From Lingula anatina (lineage: Eukaryota > Animalia > Brachiopoda), in NCBI GenBank assembly GCA_051362555.1, contig CM120640.1, positions 26,894,225 through 26,958,224 of the forward strand: a stretch of DNA of 64,000 bases. Reading direction: 5' to 3'. Below, piece by piece: positions 38,816 through 51,980 of this stretch. Numbering within the stretch: the first letter of the stretch is position 1; every line of letters begins with the position of its first letter. Under the pieces are notes generated by a model that was given only the letters and a program-made list of their open reading frames with translations, made no database searches and was not told where the DNA came from. The position numbers and the translations under genes were made by a program.

Positions 38816-41582
38816 CTATGACCCAGTTTTATATTTGGACTGTATGACTAAATACTTGTCATCTATTGTTTCACGTTCAAACTCAATCACTTTACAAGGG
38901 TCATGTTTTGCCAGGAAGTGTTCAAATGTGTCCCATCCTCCTCCAACTCTCACCATTAGATGCTTGCCATGCAATAACTGAAAACAACAGCAAATGCCAA
39001 TAATTAGACTAGTGCAGTTACAGATATTGAACACAATAAACAGATGAAGGAACTACCATTATACAACACTGCTGTAAATGTTCATATAAATTTTCATGAA
39101 TGTCCTGTCACCCATTCATATACCATATTGCCAATAAATGTGAATAGTAAGAGTCTTTGCTAACTTTGTTTAAAATGTAATTTTGCATTTGAAAAGCTTA
39201 AAAATGCAAAACTCTCTTTAAAGTACAACTTAAATGTATATACAGACCTATACATTGAAGCTAAAAAGTGAGATTACTTACCCTGATAAACACAATTTTA
39301 CGCCCTATCTTGTACTTGCCCTCAGAGATACGGTTTATTTGGAAGCCACAGTTGGAGCAAGTGCATTGGCTGGTTAACTTGGTCACCTATGAGGGATGAA
39401 TATCAAGCTATTTATTAGGAAATAAAGGTTGTCAGCCACTGTGGATTTACAAAAGAAATAAAACGCATTGGGATATGCTTCATAAAACACGATACATATT
39501 TTCAATGACTTATCTTTCTCATATTATAATTAAATTCAATAAAAAAGACAATTTTAAGGCTAATGTCATAATCCCCCGTACCTCCTGGTGAAGCTTAGAA
39601 GCTATCCTGCCTGAGCCAAGCCTCCTCCTGGGAGTACAAGGGGAAGACGATCTGGAAGAACTTGGGGAGTCAAACACCATACTTTTCACCCCACCAGTCA
39701 GGGATTCTGTACTACCTAACTCTTCTTTTTCTATTTCCTTCTCAAACTTCACCAGGTTTGGAGGTTCCACTCCATATGTGGAGGCTATTCTAGCAAGCTC
39801 CAATAGACAAAGTATCACAGATCTTTCATGCTTGTGAAAAACTAGAAGAGAAATAGAAAGGAGCATAGAAAATAATAATTTTAGAGCACAGGTTGGATCA
39901 TTATCATTGGATCCGAATTTCAACGTACTGAAATATTGAATGTGTTTTCTTCTCCAAATCCAATCATCACATCTACTGCAATGAGACTTTCACCCACTGT
40001 GATGGTGTAATAAAACTGAGGGTCTGTGAAAGTCTGCCTTCCATTTAAATATAATGGTTAGGGTTAGCCTGACTTAAGTAGGTCAAAATCTAGGGCAAGG
40101 CTTACCTCTACAAATGAATGGGAAGTGGACTCTCTATCCTGGGGATTTCTCTGTCACATTACAACAGCAATATCCCTTACATAACAAAATCAGTAAACAC
40201 ATTTAATATTTCAGTACATTGAAATTCGGATCCATTGCACTGCAGCTTCTACATTTTCAAATCTCCACATTTGCATGTCTCCTGGAGCAATTGTCAGCAG
40301 TGTTTCATTTAAGTATACCACACCAATCACAAATATGGCCTCGGGGGGCATATCAAATATGCATGATTTATTTCCATTCAACTCTTAATGTTGATTTTAC
40401 TTCATGAAATCTTTTAAGAATCCGCCATGGCAACTCTTCTTTCTGTTTAACCACCCTAGGTCCCAATATACCAGTATACAGGATCCTAGCTCTTACCAAG
40501 GTCCTCTGATTCAAACAAACACTCCTGTTTCACTCCCCACTCCCTACACCAGCTCAGGAAGTTAGCAGTGTTGTCCCTGGCAAACCATGACCCTCGTTTG
40601 GCATTGGGGCGGAAGCGGACCTTGTTCTCTGGAATGTGCTGGAAGTGAAGATATACCAATTTTTCGGTAATGGATTTCATCAGAAAAAAGGCAGTTTTTT
40701 TATGAATATGCATACTGGAGTATACTGATAGGTTTGGGCACAGGTGTGTTTTAATTTGTTGGTGCATTGTTAGCGAATATATACATGTACATGTACAGTG
40801 TATGGGTGGATGTGTATAAAGGGTGCATGACAATAGTCCGAAGGTTCAATAGTCCATAGGCTTATTCCAAATATTCACTATAGAACCTTAAGACCAATGA
40901 ACCCTTTTATTTAAAAAAACTGATGAAAATGTTACGATTTTTCAGACCAATTGGCCAATGAACCTTAGGACTATCAAGATACACATGGGCTTGACATGTG
41001 CCTACATTCAGTGTGCATGTGTATGTGTGCGTGGAGTACACATGTAATTCCGTGATTTAAATTGCATACCTGTGTGGTTTTTAGATTCTGCCTGTTAGCT
41101 TCAGCTTTGGTATGAATGTGCTGTGCCAGATGACACACAAAGACACCATTATCCAATACATCCATAAAGTTTCCTGCATCGATATCTATACCTGAAGACA
41201 AAAAGAAATATATAGCATATCATGGAAATGTTATTAGTTCATAACAGCAAGATCAATAATATGTAATCATGGCTTCATCATGTTATTCATTAGTTGATGT
41301 ACATCTAATTGGTAGGTAACTGCAGCTGGTACAAGACGTATTCTTTCTTTAGCTGATAGCATATTGATGTCATATGGCATTATTGTTAGGCAACCCTCTT
41401 TCTAAACAGGTTTATCAGGAAGATTTTTTCATATTTTAATGTTGGTAATTGAAGTAAAATGCATTATTGAATGCATAGATGACTATGTGCATACATGTAT
41501 TTGTGCATATGTATAAGCTTGTTAGTTTGCATGGTGATTTAATCAATTTAAAATATGACAGATTATGTAATGCATTATGTAA

Positions 41583-41624
<42 letters not shown>

Positions 41625-43430
41625 GCACAGTGAATCTTTTTTTTTTGTCTGGTTGAAACTGTTTTAAAATCTTTACATACAAATGTGTGCCAATCTTCTA
41701 TAAACACACCACCTTTATCCTGACACATTCAAAGGATAATATGCTGTTGGTGGCTATAAATAAATGGAAGTGGCACTTTCATTTTTATTTCATCTAATTT
41801 AAAAAAGAAAACAAAGGTATACCCATGTAATAATTTTTTTACAAAAGAGCTGCCACTTGCTGTATTATATAGTAAAAAAAAAAAAGAGCCTGTATATGGT
41901 CACCCGTTATATTTACACTTCTCAAAGCCAACATATGATTGAATTTGAGCCTTACTTGTTAAAAGACTTATATTTAAATAATTATCAGCAAACACAAATT
42001 TGAATATTTTTTCAGAAATAGTCTAAAATACCATTTAATTATGCAAATAATTATCTTAAAAAAGAACATATCATATTTCCTTGAGTGTGTGAATAAGATC
42101 TAGAATTGTGCTTCTAAAGACACATCTGTCATCTACCATTTAACTGCACTTCAAAGAAAGACATTATTCTAGTAATGCATTTGAATTGTGCCTTGTGACA
42201 TGTTCTATGGCAGCTTAGAAGCAGGCATGGAATTAATGTCAATAATGCTTCCAGCAGGTCTCCTATCACAATAGTCAATCAGTCTGAAAACAGAAAGCAG
42301 GCTGAGTAATGGTCTGATTTGCCTTGTGGGGAGGGATCAAGATATGGCTGAATGATGGAAAGTTAATTTGTGGAACTGGTCGAGTTCTTTGTTTGAAAAT
42401 TGTAGCAAGAAATGTCAAAACACCTGGTTTTATCTAAACTTGCATCACATGGCTTAATTAATTTCCTAATAGAAAATCAATGAGTGTTTCCGGGAACCTG
42501 TCTTTTTTTCTGCTTAGTCAGCACAGCATGGCTTCATTAAGCCCTTTTTACCTCATTACTCATCCCTTTCCCTAGTCTTTTCTAATGAAATGAACACAAT
42601 AAAAAGTCAATACTTTTCTCTTTTCATATCTTTGTGTTTAACAAGGCTCTCAAACATCTGACCATTTCACAATGTTATTATTCTTTGTCTTTTTCTTTGT
42701 GAGTAGTTAGATTAAGCCAGACAAAAAAGATCAATTCACTCTTGAGGTTTGTTTGTTAATGGCTTGTGTAGGGCTTATCATATTATTTATAATCAGATTG
42801 TTGTTAAATTTTAATAATATAATATTTTTATTGTTTTTAAGTGCATTAAGCAAACTCATCATTTTTAGATATATATATATTCAATATAATTTGTGCAGTA
42901 AGTATGTGCAGGCTATTTATATTGTCAAGAATCCATTATCACATTGGTAATGCATTCTTCCTGTATTTCCTGCAGCACTCTTAGCACACAAAGCAATATG
43001 TATTTTCCGATCACACCTTTTCTCTCAAATGAGCAGAAAGACAAAAAAAAAAAAAAAAAAAAAATCCCATTAAAAAATCAACATCTTCAGACACTTTACC
43101 TAATAGTTTATTCAACCATTGTGCCAAGTCTTCTTTCAGAGGGATTAGAGCCTTAGCCTGCAATTCTTGTGCAACATCCTTGAGGTCGGGAGTGCTGCAA
43201 CCGCCATTCTGGTACGCCGCTTCTGTAACAGTCCCTCTGTTTCCAATGTTCCCATAGGATGCACTCCTGCTTCTGGCTCTGGGTGTCCTGGGAGAGCTTG
43301 TCGCAGACGAATTCTTATTCCAACTCTCCATTGCTGCCAGCTTGGCTGTGGAATATGGAGGAAGCTTGTTCTTGCCTTTCACATTGTGACACTTGCTGCG
43401 ATAGTCAACTGCAACAGATAGTTTGGTCAT
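38816..43430 (-). CDS. GAS2: Growth arrest-specific protein 2 family (CH domain plus GAR domain)
   Basis: Exons 43430 (or the ATG near 43331)-43100, 41191-41070, 40638-40497, 39841-39582, 39386-39282, 38977-38816, in phase. CH motifs [48 protein letters not shown]; GAR motifs ISEGKYKIG and [24 protein letters not shown]. Confidence 0.92.
40833..40974. mobile_element. Degenerate inverted-repeat element (MITE-like) in a GAS2 intron
   Basis: ATAGTCCGAAGGTTCA at the left end, TGAACCTTAGGACTAT at the right end, with internal short sub-repeats; no clear target-site duplication. Confidence 0.5.
41585..41620. repeat. (TA)n microsatellite
   Basis: Direct reading. Confidence 0.95.
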
Positions 43431-45777
43431 TAGAGCACAGATGGTATAGCATTTAAGTTCATGTACTTAAAGAGAAATTGAGGAAAAAGATTCATACACT
43501 GGCTAGCTAACCATGAATGCACTGCAACAAAGTATTAGCAAAAATTTACCAGCCATATGAGTTTTCTTCATTCCCAATGGTATTAAAGCACTGTTCATCA
43601 ATATCAGTCAGTACTAAAATAAGCTTCCTATATATGGATTTTACGGCCATGATTGTCTTTTTCATTGGATGTTTGGTATGGATACCCAGAAAGCTAAGCA
43701 ATACTCTATTATGTCAGGCAGATAAATCATGATGAACAAAGAAATAAGAAATATACATGATGTAATACATTTAGCAAATCAATGCAAATTAAGAAAAATA
43801 ACTAGTTAAGATTGCTTTGGATGCATACAAGTAGTTACATTTTTTGAAATTACTGACAACGTACAATCCATACATAAAACATCTAAAAAGAATACACTGA
43901 AACTACGCAGTATACACTCATAGTATGTTTTATATTCATACTTACAGTGATGGTCAGTACACAAATCAAATCAAATCAAATCAAATTTATAACACTGTGA
44001 CAGCTAAGGGCAGATCTTGATTTCAACAAAGAAGTCTAACCCCTGCAACTGTTATTACTTAACAATCAATAGAGTGATTCCTAATTTCAGCATCTAAAAG
44101 TAATCCATTTGGAGGATACCAAACCCATGGCTTCCTTGGTCATGTGACAAGGAATTAAGTCAGCCTATTTACCACTGATAAAAGAGAGCTGTCTGTCATG
44201 CAAAGAAAGGATAACATAACAAGCAAAAACCTCTGGGAACCTGCAGTGTTTAATTAGACTGATGAATGGTTGACTTCAGAGAGTTGGAATAATTGAGAAT
44301 AATTATATTGCATTCAATTACTAAATAGTGGTGAAAATGTGTCACATATATGCTTAATTGTTATCATAATAAAAAGAAACTAAGAAAGTTGAAAAAGAAT
44401 TGTCTTCACCATGATCTATGCAAGCTTACATTTTTCCTTTAATTCTTGCTTGTATATACTGCCTGGTAAGCTACAAAATTTCTTTTTGCTGAATTTGTCA
44501 TCACAATGGTAAACTTCCTTTCTTATGCATTAATAGCAAAAGTTATAAGTCCTATGCCAAATAAAATAATCTTATGAAAATAACAGCAGACACTTTTGCA
44601 TCATGTCATTACCTAGTCACTTCACATCCTTGGCGGCAATAAATTTACCTTCAAGCTTCCTTCTTATTCTTCTTTAACCATTAAGCGTTACACCTCAGCT
44701 AAACAAACATACACCCTGGACCAACCCAGTGTTGACATACCTTTATTTTGGTTTGTAGTTGGTTTGGATTTAATTTCAGACTGCATTTCTTGGCATCAAA
44801 TTAATCCAAATAGATTTTACATTATGAAAACTGAGGTCCGCATACAGCACAGTATTCCACTGAACTGACTGGTAATAGTAGGCTGACCTACTGAATTCTC
44901 CAATACCTAGTAGAATGATTGGCATAAAGATCAATGTGTGCAAGTCAGGGACGTTTACTCCTTTCTCCATAGCATTATATATAAAACAGATCTGATAGCA
45001 AAGAATGGAAATCCTCACTTCATGCTAGACAAAATCATATTTCAGTTAAGTAACGTGACAATTAAAAAACTTCAGATGAAATTCACCTAATCTGTGATAA
45101 AACTTGCTAATTACAAATTTATACATACAAACATACAATGAACATCTTACCAAATTATAGAGACCAAATTGTTTCTAATGAATTTTAAAAAATAAAATTC
45201 TGGGACCCACTAAAAATTCAGAAATCTCTTTTTTACTGATTAATCAGGAGGGGCTATGCTCTGTCATTTACTAGTAGATACTAAATGTCTGTGCCAAAAC
45301 AGGCTTACAATTGATTAAACTGTTCAGCTACTGAAAATTTTTCACCCTACCTTAAAAAATAGTCTGAAATAATCTTTTACTTCAAATACGTAAAGAACAT
45401 TTATATCAATACCTGCCAGTCCCTACTCCTGCATCACTTGGCTAACTTTCATCATTTCACATTCTTCTTATGCACAGATTGAAGCAATTCATGATATAAT
45501 AATCAATATGTGGCTATCTTCAACGTGCAAGCCAATTATTTATGCATTCACTGCATGTTCAAGTGGTTTATGCTTACCAGAATTCATTTTGTATTGATAT
45601 GTGTTTTGTTACACTGTAACATATAGTAAATTATACATGTATTAATACATTTTAGGGGGTAGTGGAACATTCATGTAAATAAAGTAGATTTTTTTGGAAA
45701 AAATATTTGTCTCATTAAAAAGAAATATCATTGACAGTCATTTAAAAGTAATACTATTGTACCTTATTCTGAGGTCA

Positions 45778-45811
<34 letters not shown>

Positions 45812-46934
45812 AGAATAAATAAAGGTCAATGAATGCAGCAAAGAAGTTGAAAGTACTCAACAATGGACCATAAACGAACAGTTTCTGAGCATATTCCGAG
45901 GCCAAACAAATATAAACCACATAGGAGCCTTTGTTTGCCTGCACAGTAGCAGAACATGCCAGTGTGACCTGAGGGAGATAACAGAATTGTTGCCATAGAT
46001 ATTTATCAAGTAGAGCTCCCAGCAGACAGCAGGTGGCTTAAGCTTGGATATTATTGGAATTAACAAAATAATCTGATGCATTATAGAGATTGCATGAACA
46101 AAGTCTGACCAAAACACAAGCGCCTAATGCATGAGTATAAAGACGTATTAGAATATGTTGTATTAATTTTTCCTCCTATGTTATTCTAGTAAAACGTATG
46201 AAAATATACAATAATTTCAATTAAAATTAGATATGTACTCCCATTGATTATGATTTAATGACAATGATTTTAATCAACCTGTTAATTGAATACCATTACA
46301 AGGCCAGTATTTATCTATTTCAGCAGTCTAAAAATTAATTGGTTTTAAAACAGATGAATCAAAATTTGACAAAGTTTTTATTTCTTTTTTTTTTTTAAGA
46401 TTACCAGTACTGAGTACTTCAAATGTTCAGTTGTCTGAAAAGTTCACTTATAGGACTTCACCACTGTTCTCCCTATCTGTCTGATAGCATAACTTAATTA
46501 CTGTTGCTTCTGACTAACAGTACATTTTCCCCTGGATAAGATATTTTTCACATTTGAAAAAAAAAAAAAATAATAAAATAATAATAAAAATAAAATAGAA
46601 TAAAACCAAGAAACAAACAAAAAAAAGCTACTTGTTACATTTTGTCAATTTTGATGCTCACATCATAGTCAAAAAAGTTCCTGTCTGACTTTGTTTAATT
46701 ATCTGCAGTTTTTGGCTTTACATTTCATTTAGCAAGTCACTTGTAAGGTCTAAAACTAAGGATAGATACTGGTATTGTAAACGCTATAGACACACTGTAC
46801 ATGCCTGACAGGCTGCCTCTGTATAATTGAACTTTAATTGCTGCAAGAACAACGATTGCCTCGGCTGTATCGTTTATAAGCACTTAAACAAAAAAAAAAA
46901 AATCACCAAAAGTAATGCACACAAAAAAATGCAT

Positions 46935-47095
46935 CTTACCCAAACCAAGTAATGCAGCTGAATCATAGAGTTGTGAAGCATAGCGTGCTAGCGCATGGCA
47001 GCAGGTAAACAAATCGGGACGCACAGACAGGCGGAAGTAATGTGCATGCCAAGGCCTCGTTTTCGGGGGTTTATTATTTTCCTGGTTCGTGAGTG
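46935..47095. promoter_or_regulatory. Probable bidirectional promoter and non-coding first exons of GAS2 (-) and the WS/DGAT gene (+)
   Basis: Small CpG-rich patch; GCGGAAGT (ETS-like) at 47031; divergent donors GTAAGA (- strand, near 46938) and GTGAGT (+ strand, 47089). Confidence 0.55.
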
Positions 47096-49539
47096 GGGGC
47101 AGGTGTTTGGCAACAACACTATAGTATCTTGTCAGTAAGTTGTTATTTGTTTTACTTGCATCAAGAATATACAGCTATAGCCTAATGCTATACCCATATC
47201 CATAGAAAAACTTGCTAAACTTAGTGTACGTTTTATAGATCTCTTGTCCTCTGAAAGGACCTGTAGGGTACAGTTCACAGTACGTGTACGTCCATATTAA
47301 ACCTGCACAATTTCACAGGGAAGGCTTGTTCACCTATTTAGTCTCCAGATATCAGATGTGTAATCTACGAAGTGAAATGTCCATATTCGTATTCATTGTC
47401 AAAATGGGCACCAAATACTTATTTGAAGTTCAAACAAATTATATAGATATACTGTACATGTAACTTATAATTTTGATGACCTTTTTTATGCGGAACCGGC
47501 TACTGCTAAGTACATGTGCATAGCGCTGCCAATTTTTTTTGTCTTATATGCTAGATAAAGCCTCAATACAACCTGTGTTTCAACTGTCAAGGCTATAAAT
47601 ATCCATGTAATGGCAAAACTGTGTGTCCTCTGTCACACCTTGTATTATATAATTTGTATATAAAGTCCTTTATTATCAGTTCAAACATTATAGTTTGATA
47701 AAGTTTTAATCTTTTTTATTCCAGTTTTATTGCAAACTTAGGCAACTACTAGCATTGCCTCAGTTTTAGGCCTTACTTGCTGCACAAGTAACGCCTTATT
47801 CTACCCTGTGCTTCAAACTCTTGTTTATGTGATGTTACTTGCAATTGGTGTCCCTAAGTGCTTTGACATTTTATTAACCCAAGACAGCAGGAATGAAAAG
47901 ACTGAAACACTCTCAAACTGAGGAGTGAACTGATACTAAGGGACTTATATTTGAAATGATTTACTACCCAGGTACAATGGGAGAAAGCTTGAGTTTTTTT
48001 GCTAACATCACTGGTTTGATCAGGGTGAATGAGATGAGATGATTAATATTTTTATTTATAACACAATGTGTCCAAGTATATAGCAATCACCTGATGTTGC
48101 TGTAGCTAATGTTGTCATCATTGCCCTTGGTATTTCTGTTCACTTTCCTGCATTTTTTACTCTTAAAATTGTTATTATTGAAGTATTAAGTTTTGTATGG
48201 ATTTTTTTTTTTTTTTTTTGAAAAATTGGCAGTTTCCAGATGTAACTTTGCATTTCCATGGGTTTGAAGCTCATGCAGTGCTAATGGTTTACATTTTCTT
48301 AATGTATTGGTAGTTCAAACTTTAATTTTAAATTAGTGGCGATTATGCTATAAGATATCACTCTACTGTATGTAATATTGCGTTAAAATTGACAATAAGT
48401 ATTTTGTGCACTGTCATCACAAACACGATAAAATGAAGAACATATATTATTATTCCAAATTAATTGTGACCTTATTCAAGTAAATATATGTAATCCAATA
48501 TTTCTTTATTTGATTTAGATCTCTATTTAAAATGGATATAGGTTTTATAATTAACTGACATCCAACATGCAGTGTGCAGAAAGAAAAAAACTTAAAAGAA
48601 ATATGCTTGGCTTAAAATACTAAAAAAAAAAAATGTCAGTTAATCCCACATCAGGAGAAGAAACCTACACCAGTGCACAGATAACTTTCAACCTAAGCTA
48701 CACTCTTACAAGTAATTCCATAGAAAACTGTTTGTGGTTACCTGAAGAACAGATCTAAATAATATAGACCTTTACTTGCTCAAAGACAATCACCCAGTTC
48801 ACAGACCAAATATTCTGATCTTTCGTTTCTGGTCTAGCAAGAATCTCTTAGCTAGATTTACACTGGCACATTTCCAGCATACATATATCTGTAAGAAGGT
48901 ATAATGCAGAAGCCTGAATAGCAGAATTGCTATTCTGAGAACTCAGTTTCCATGGATACAACACAAATGTAGCTGTAATTGTTTTTTTTTTTAGTGTGAG
49001 TGTTGATATTGCCTATTTGTCAATTATTTGATAGAGAAGTGCTGTAGATATGTTACAAATGGTAGAGGTGATTGCTCTTATTATTGTTATTATTTCTCTT
49101 TGAATCCCATTGCTGTCAGTGCCTTAACTGCTATATTAAACGGTTGCTTTTAGACTGATGCAGTCTGGCCTGATATTATCTGGACTGTATTGCCTGATGG
49201 TATTGTGTGCTTGCTGTAATTATTGTTTAGAAATAAAGTCATGGATCAATATTATGCTTTATAGAAAGTGTTTCAAGGATATGTGGAAGCTCTAGATAAT
49301 TGCCTGCCAAGTGATTTCATATGAAATGCTTAAAGGTAGGTTTTATAATATCAACCATCTTATAGGTGTTTAGAGAATGAAACAGGTAAGTGGGGCTTTC
49401 ATAGGCTGCTTACATATGGATTTGCTGTATGGCATATTAAGAAGTGTTAACAGAACATTGTCTTAGACCAAGCAGGTGTCTTAAATGCAAAGCACAAGTG
49501 CATGAGCAAGGGCACACATATCATGTATTCATATAGCTA

Positions 49540-51980
49540 TTTTTATGTACAGACACAGATGTGTCTGTACATATTGCCATCACCTGCGTCTGTCGTCGCC
49601 GATGCCGTCGCCGATGCCGATGCCGATGCCGATGCCGTCGCCGATGCCGTGCACTTTCCTTGTAAACACGATAAGTGGAGGACAGTTTTACTTTTTGGCT
49701 TTATATTTACAGAGCTGATGAATATTCATAAAACGCAGGTCAAGTTCGAAAATCAGCATGATCGGGCCATTATTGTAGAACTTATGCTGTTTTTTCACTT
49801 TTCAGCATATATGCAACCCTGTAAACACATTTTAAGGAACACCGTTAGGCCTGTTGTCATGAAACTCACAGGAGTAATCAATCTTACTAAAACGCAGGTC
49901 AAGTTCGAAAATCGGCATGATCGGGCCATTACTTTAGAAGTTATGCTGTTTTTTCACATTTCCTCAGATTCAATTCTTAGGCATGTTAACAGTCTTATTA
50001 TTTTACTAATAAGATACATAAAAGTGTTTGTTTGACATTTCCTGAATCTTTACAAAATTGTTAGTTGATTATGTAAAAATGATGGTAAACTTGTTATCGT
50101 GTATTGTGTAATAAAGTGTCAAAAATGGAAATAAACTCATATCATTGCAGTTTGTCAGATGCAATCATTCACTATGTTCAGAATCTCAGGATGGAGGAAA
50201 TTGGACATTTAACACTGTTGTATTGATATTTTTCCCATCTCATCAATTTTCTTAGTTGATCGTATAAAAATGGCAGTAACCTGTTAATTTTGTTTATGTT
50301 AAAAAAATTGTTAAAAATGGAAAAAAAACATTTCAGAACAGTGCTGTCTTGTTTACATTTTGGCATTTTCAAGTTGTGACTTTGAAGTTCCATGGGCCTG
50401 AAGACCTTTGCTAGTCACATTTTCTGAATATCCATGATACTAATATTTTATTATTAAAAATTGATGGTCATTAAGCTGTTTAACATTATGTAATATTGCA
50501 TCAAAATTTGAAAAAAACTTATTTTGGGCACTGCTCCCATGATGACCATTTAAGAAAAACCATGTCACTTACTGTTCTCAAACAGTACAGTAAATATGTA
50601 CAGATGTGTCTGTACATATTGCCATCACCTGCGTCTGTCGTGGCTGGCGTTGCCGTCACTGTCACTGTCACTGTCGCCGTGCACTTTCATTGTAAACGCG
50701 ATAAGTGGAAGGCAGTTTTACTTTTTGGCTGTATATTTACAGAGCTGATGAATATCCATAAAACGCAGGTCAAGTCCGAAAATCAGCATGATCGGGCCAT
50801 TATTGTAGAACTTATGCTGTTTTTTCACTTTTCAGCATATATGCAACACTGTAAACACATTTCAAGGAAAACCGTTAGGCCTGTTGTCATGAAACTCATA
50901 GGAGTAATCAATCTTACTATAACGCAGGTCAAGTTAGAAAATAGGCATGATCGGGCCACTATTTTAGTTATGCTTTTTTTTTTCACTTTTCAGCATATAT
51001 GCAACACTGTAAACACAAAATAAGAAAAACAGATAGGCCAATTGTCAGTAAACTCACAGGAGTGGTCATTCCTGCTAAAACGCAGGTTGAGTTTAAAAAT
51101 CAGCTTAATTGGGCCATTATTTTGAAGAAATGCTGTTTTTTCACATTTCCTCAGATTTAATTCTTAGGCATGTTAACATGCATGTTTCATTATTTAATTA
51201 GTAAGATAAGTAAAAGTGTTTGTTTGGCATTTCCTGCATCTTTACAACATATGTAAAAATGATGGTAAACTTGTTATCTTGTATTGTGTAATAAAGTTTC
51301 AAAAAATGGAAATAAACTCATATCATTGCAGTTTGTCAGATTCAATCATTGACATTCACTATGTTCAGAATCTCAGAATGGAAGAAATTGGACATTTAAC
51401 ACTGCTCTATTGATATTTTTCCCATCTCATCAATTTATTTAGTTGATCATATAAAAACGGCAGTAAACTGTTAATTTTGTTTTATGTTAAAAATTTAGAA
51501 CAGTGCTGTCTTGTTTACATTTTGGCATTTTCAAGTTGTGACTTTGAAGTTCCATGGGCCTGAAGACCTTTGCTAGTAACATTTTCTGAATATCCATAAT
51601 ACTCATCATTATGCTGTTAAACATTATGTAATATTGCATCAAAATTTGAAAAAAAAAAAACTCTTTTGGGCACTGCCCCCATGATGACCATTTAAGAAAA
51701 ACCATGTCACTTACTGTTCTCAAACTTACAGGAAAGAAACATGGGACTAAAATACAGCTTCAGTAGGCAATGCAGTCTGTTTGGTAATTCTTACTGCCAG
51801 TTAAACAGTTTTTTTGTGAAAATTTAATTTTTCACATATTGGCATTTTCAAGGTGTAACTTTGAAGTTCCACGGGCTTGAAGACCCATGCTAGTCACATT
51901 TTCTGAAAATCCATGTATATTTTATTATTAAAAATTGACGGTCATTATGCTGTTAACCATTATGTAATATTGCATCAGAA
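49540..51980. mobile_element. Tandemly duplicated ~1.05-1.1 kb block containing a non-autonomous Helentron-like (pearl/HINE-type) element
   Basis: Copy 1 about 49540-50590, copy 2 about 50597-51725, partial third about 51830-51980. T-rich start, hairpin ATGTACAGACAC..GTGTCTGTACAT, (GCCGAT)n or (GTCACT)n microsatellite, then ~158-bp core repeats containing AAAACGCAGGTCAAGTTCGAAAATC. The duplication is directly visible; the family assignment is inferred from architecture. Confidence 0.7.

Noticed and set aside
49502-51023. Two similar 175-177 aa ORFs that look like a paralogous gene pair
   Set aside because: They are readings of the duplicated repeat element and its microsatellite; no transposase or other domain.
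49730-51150. Regularly spaced repeats as a possible CRISPR array
   Set aside because: Eukaryotic context, ~158-bp units similar along their full length, no unique spacers, no cas genes.
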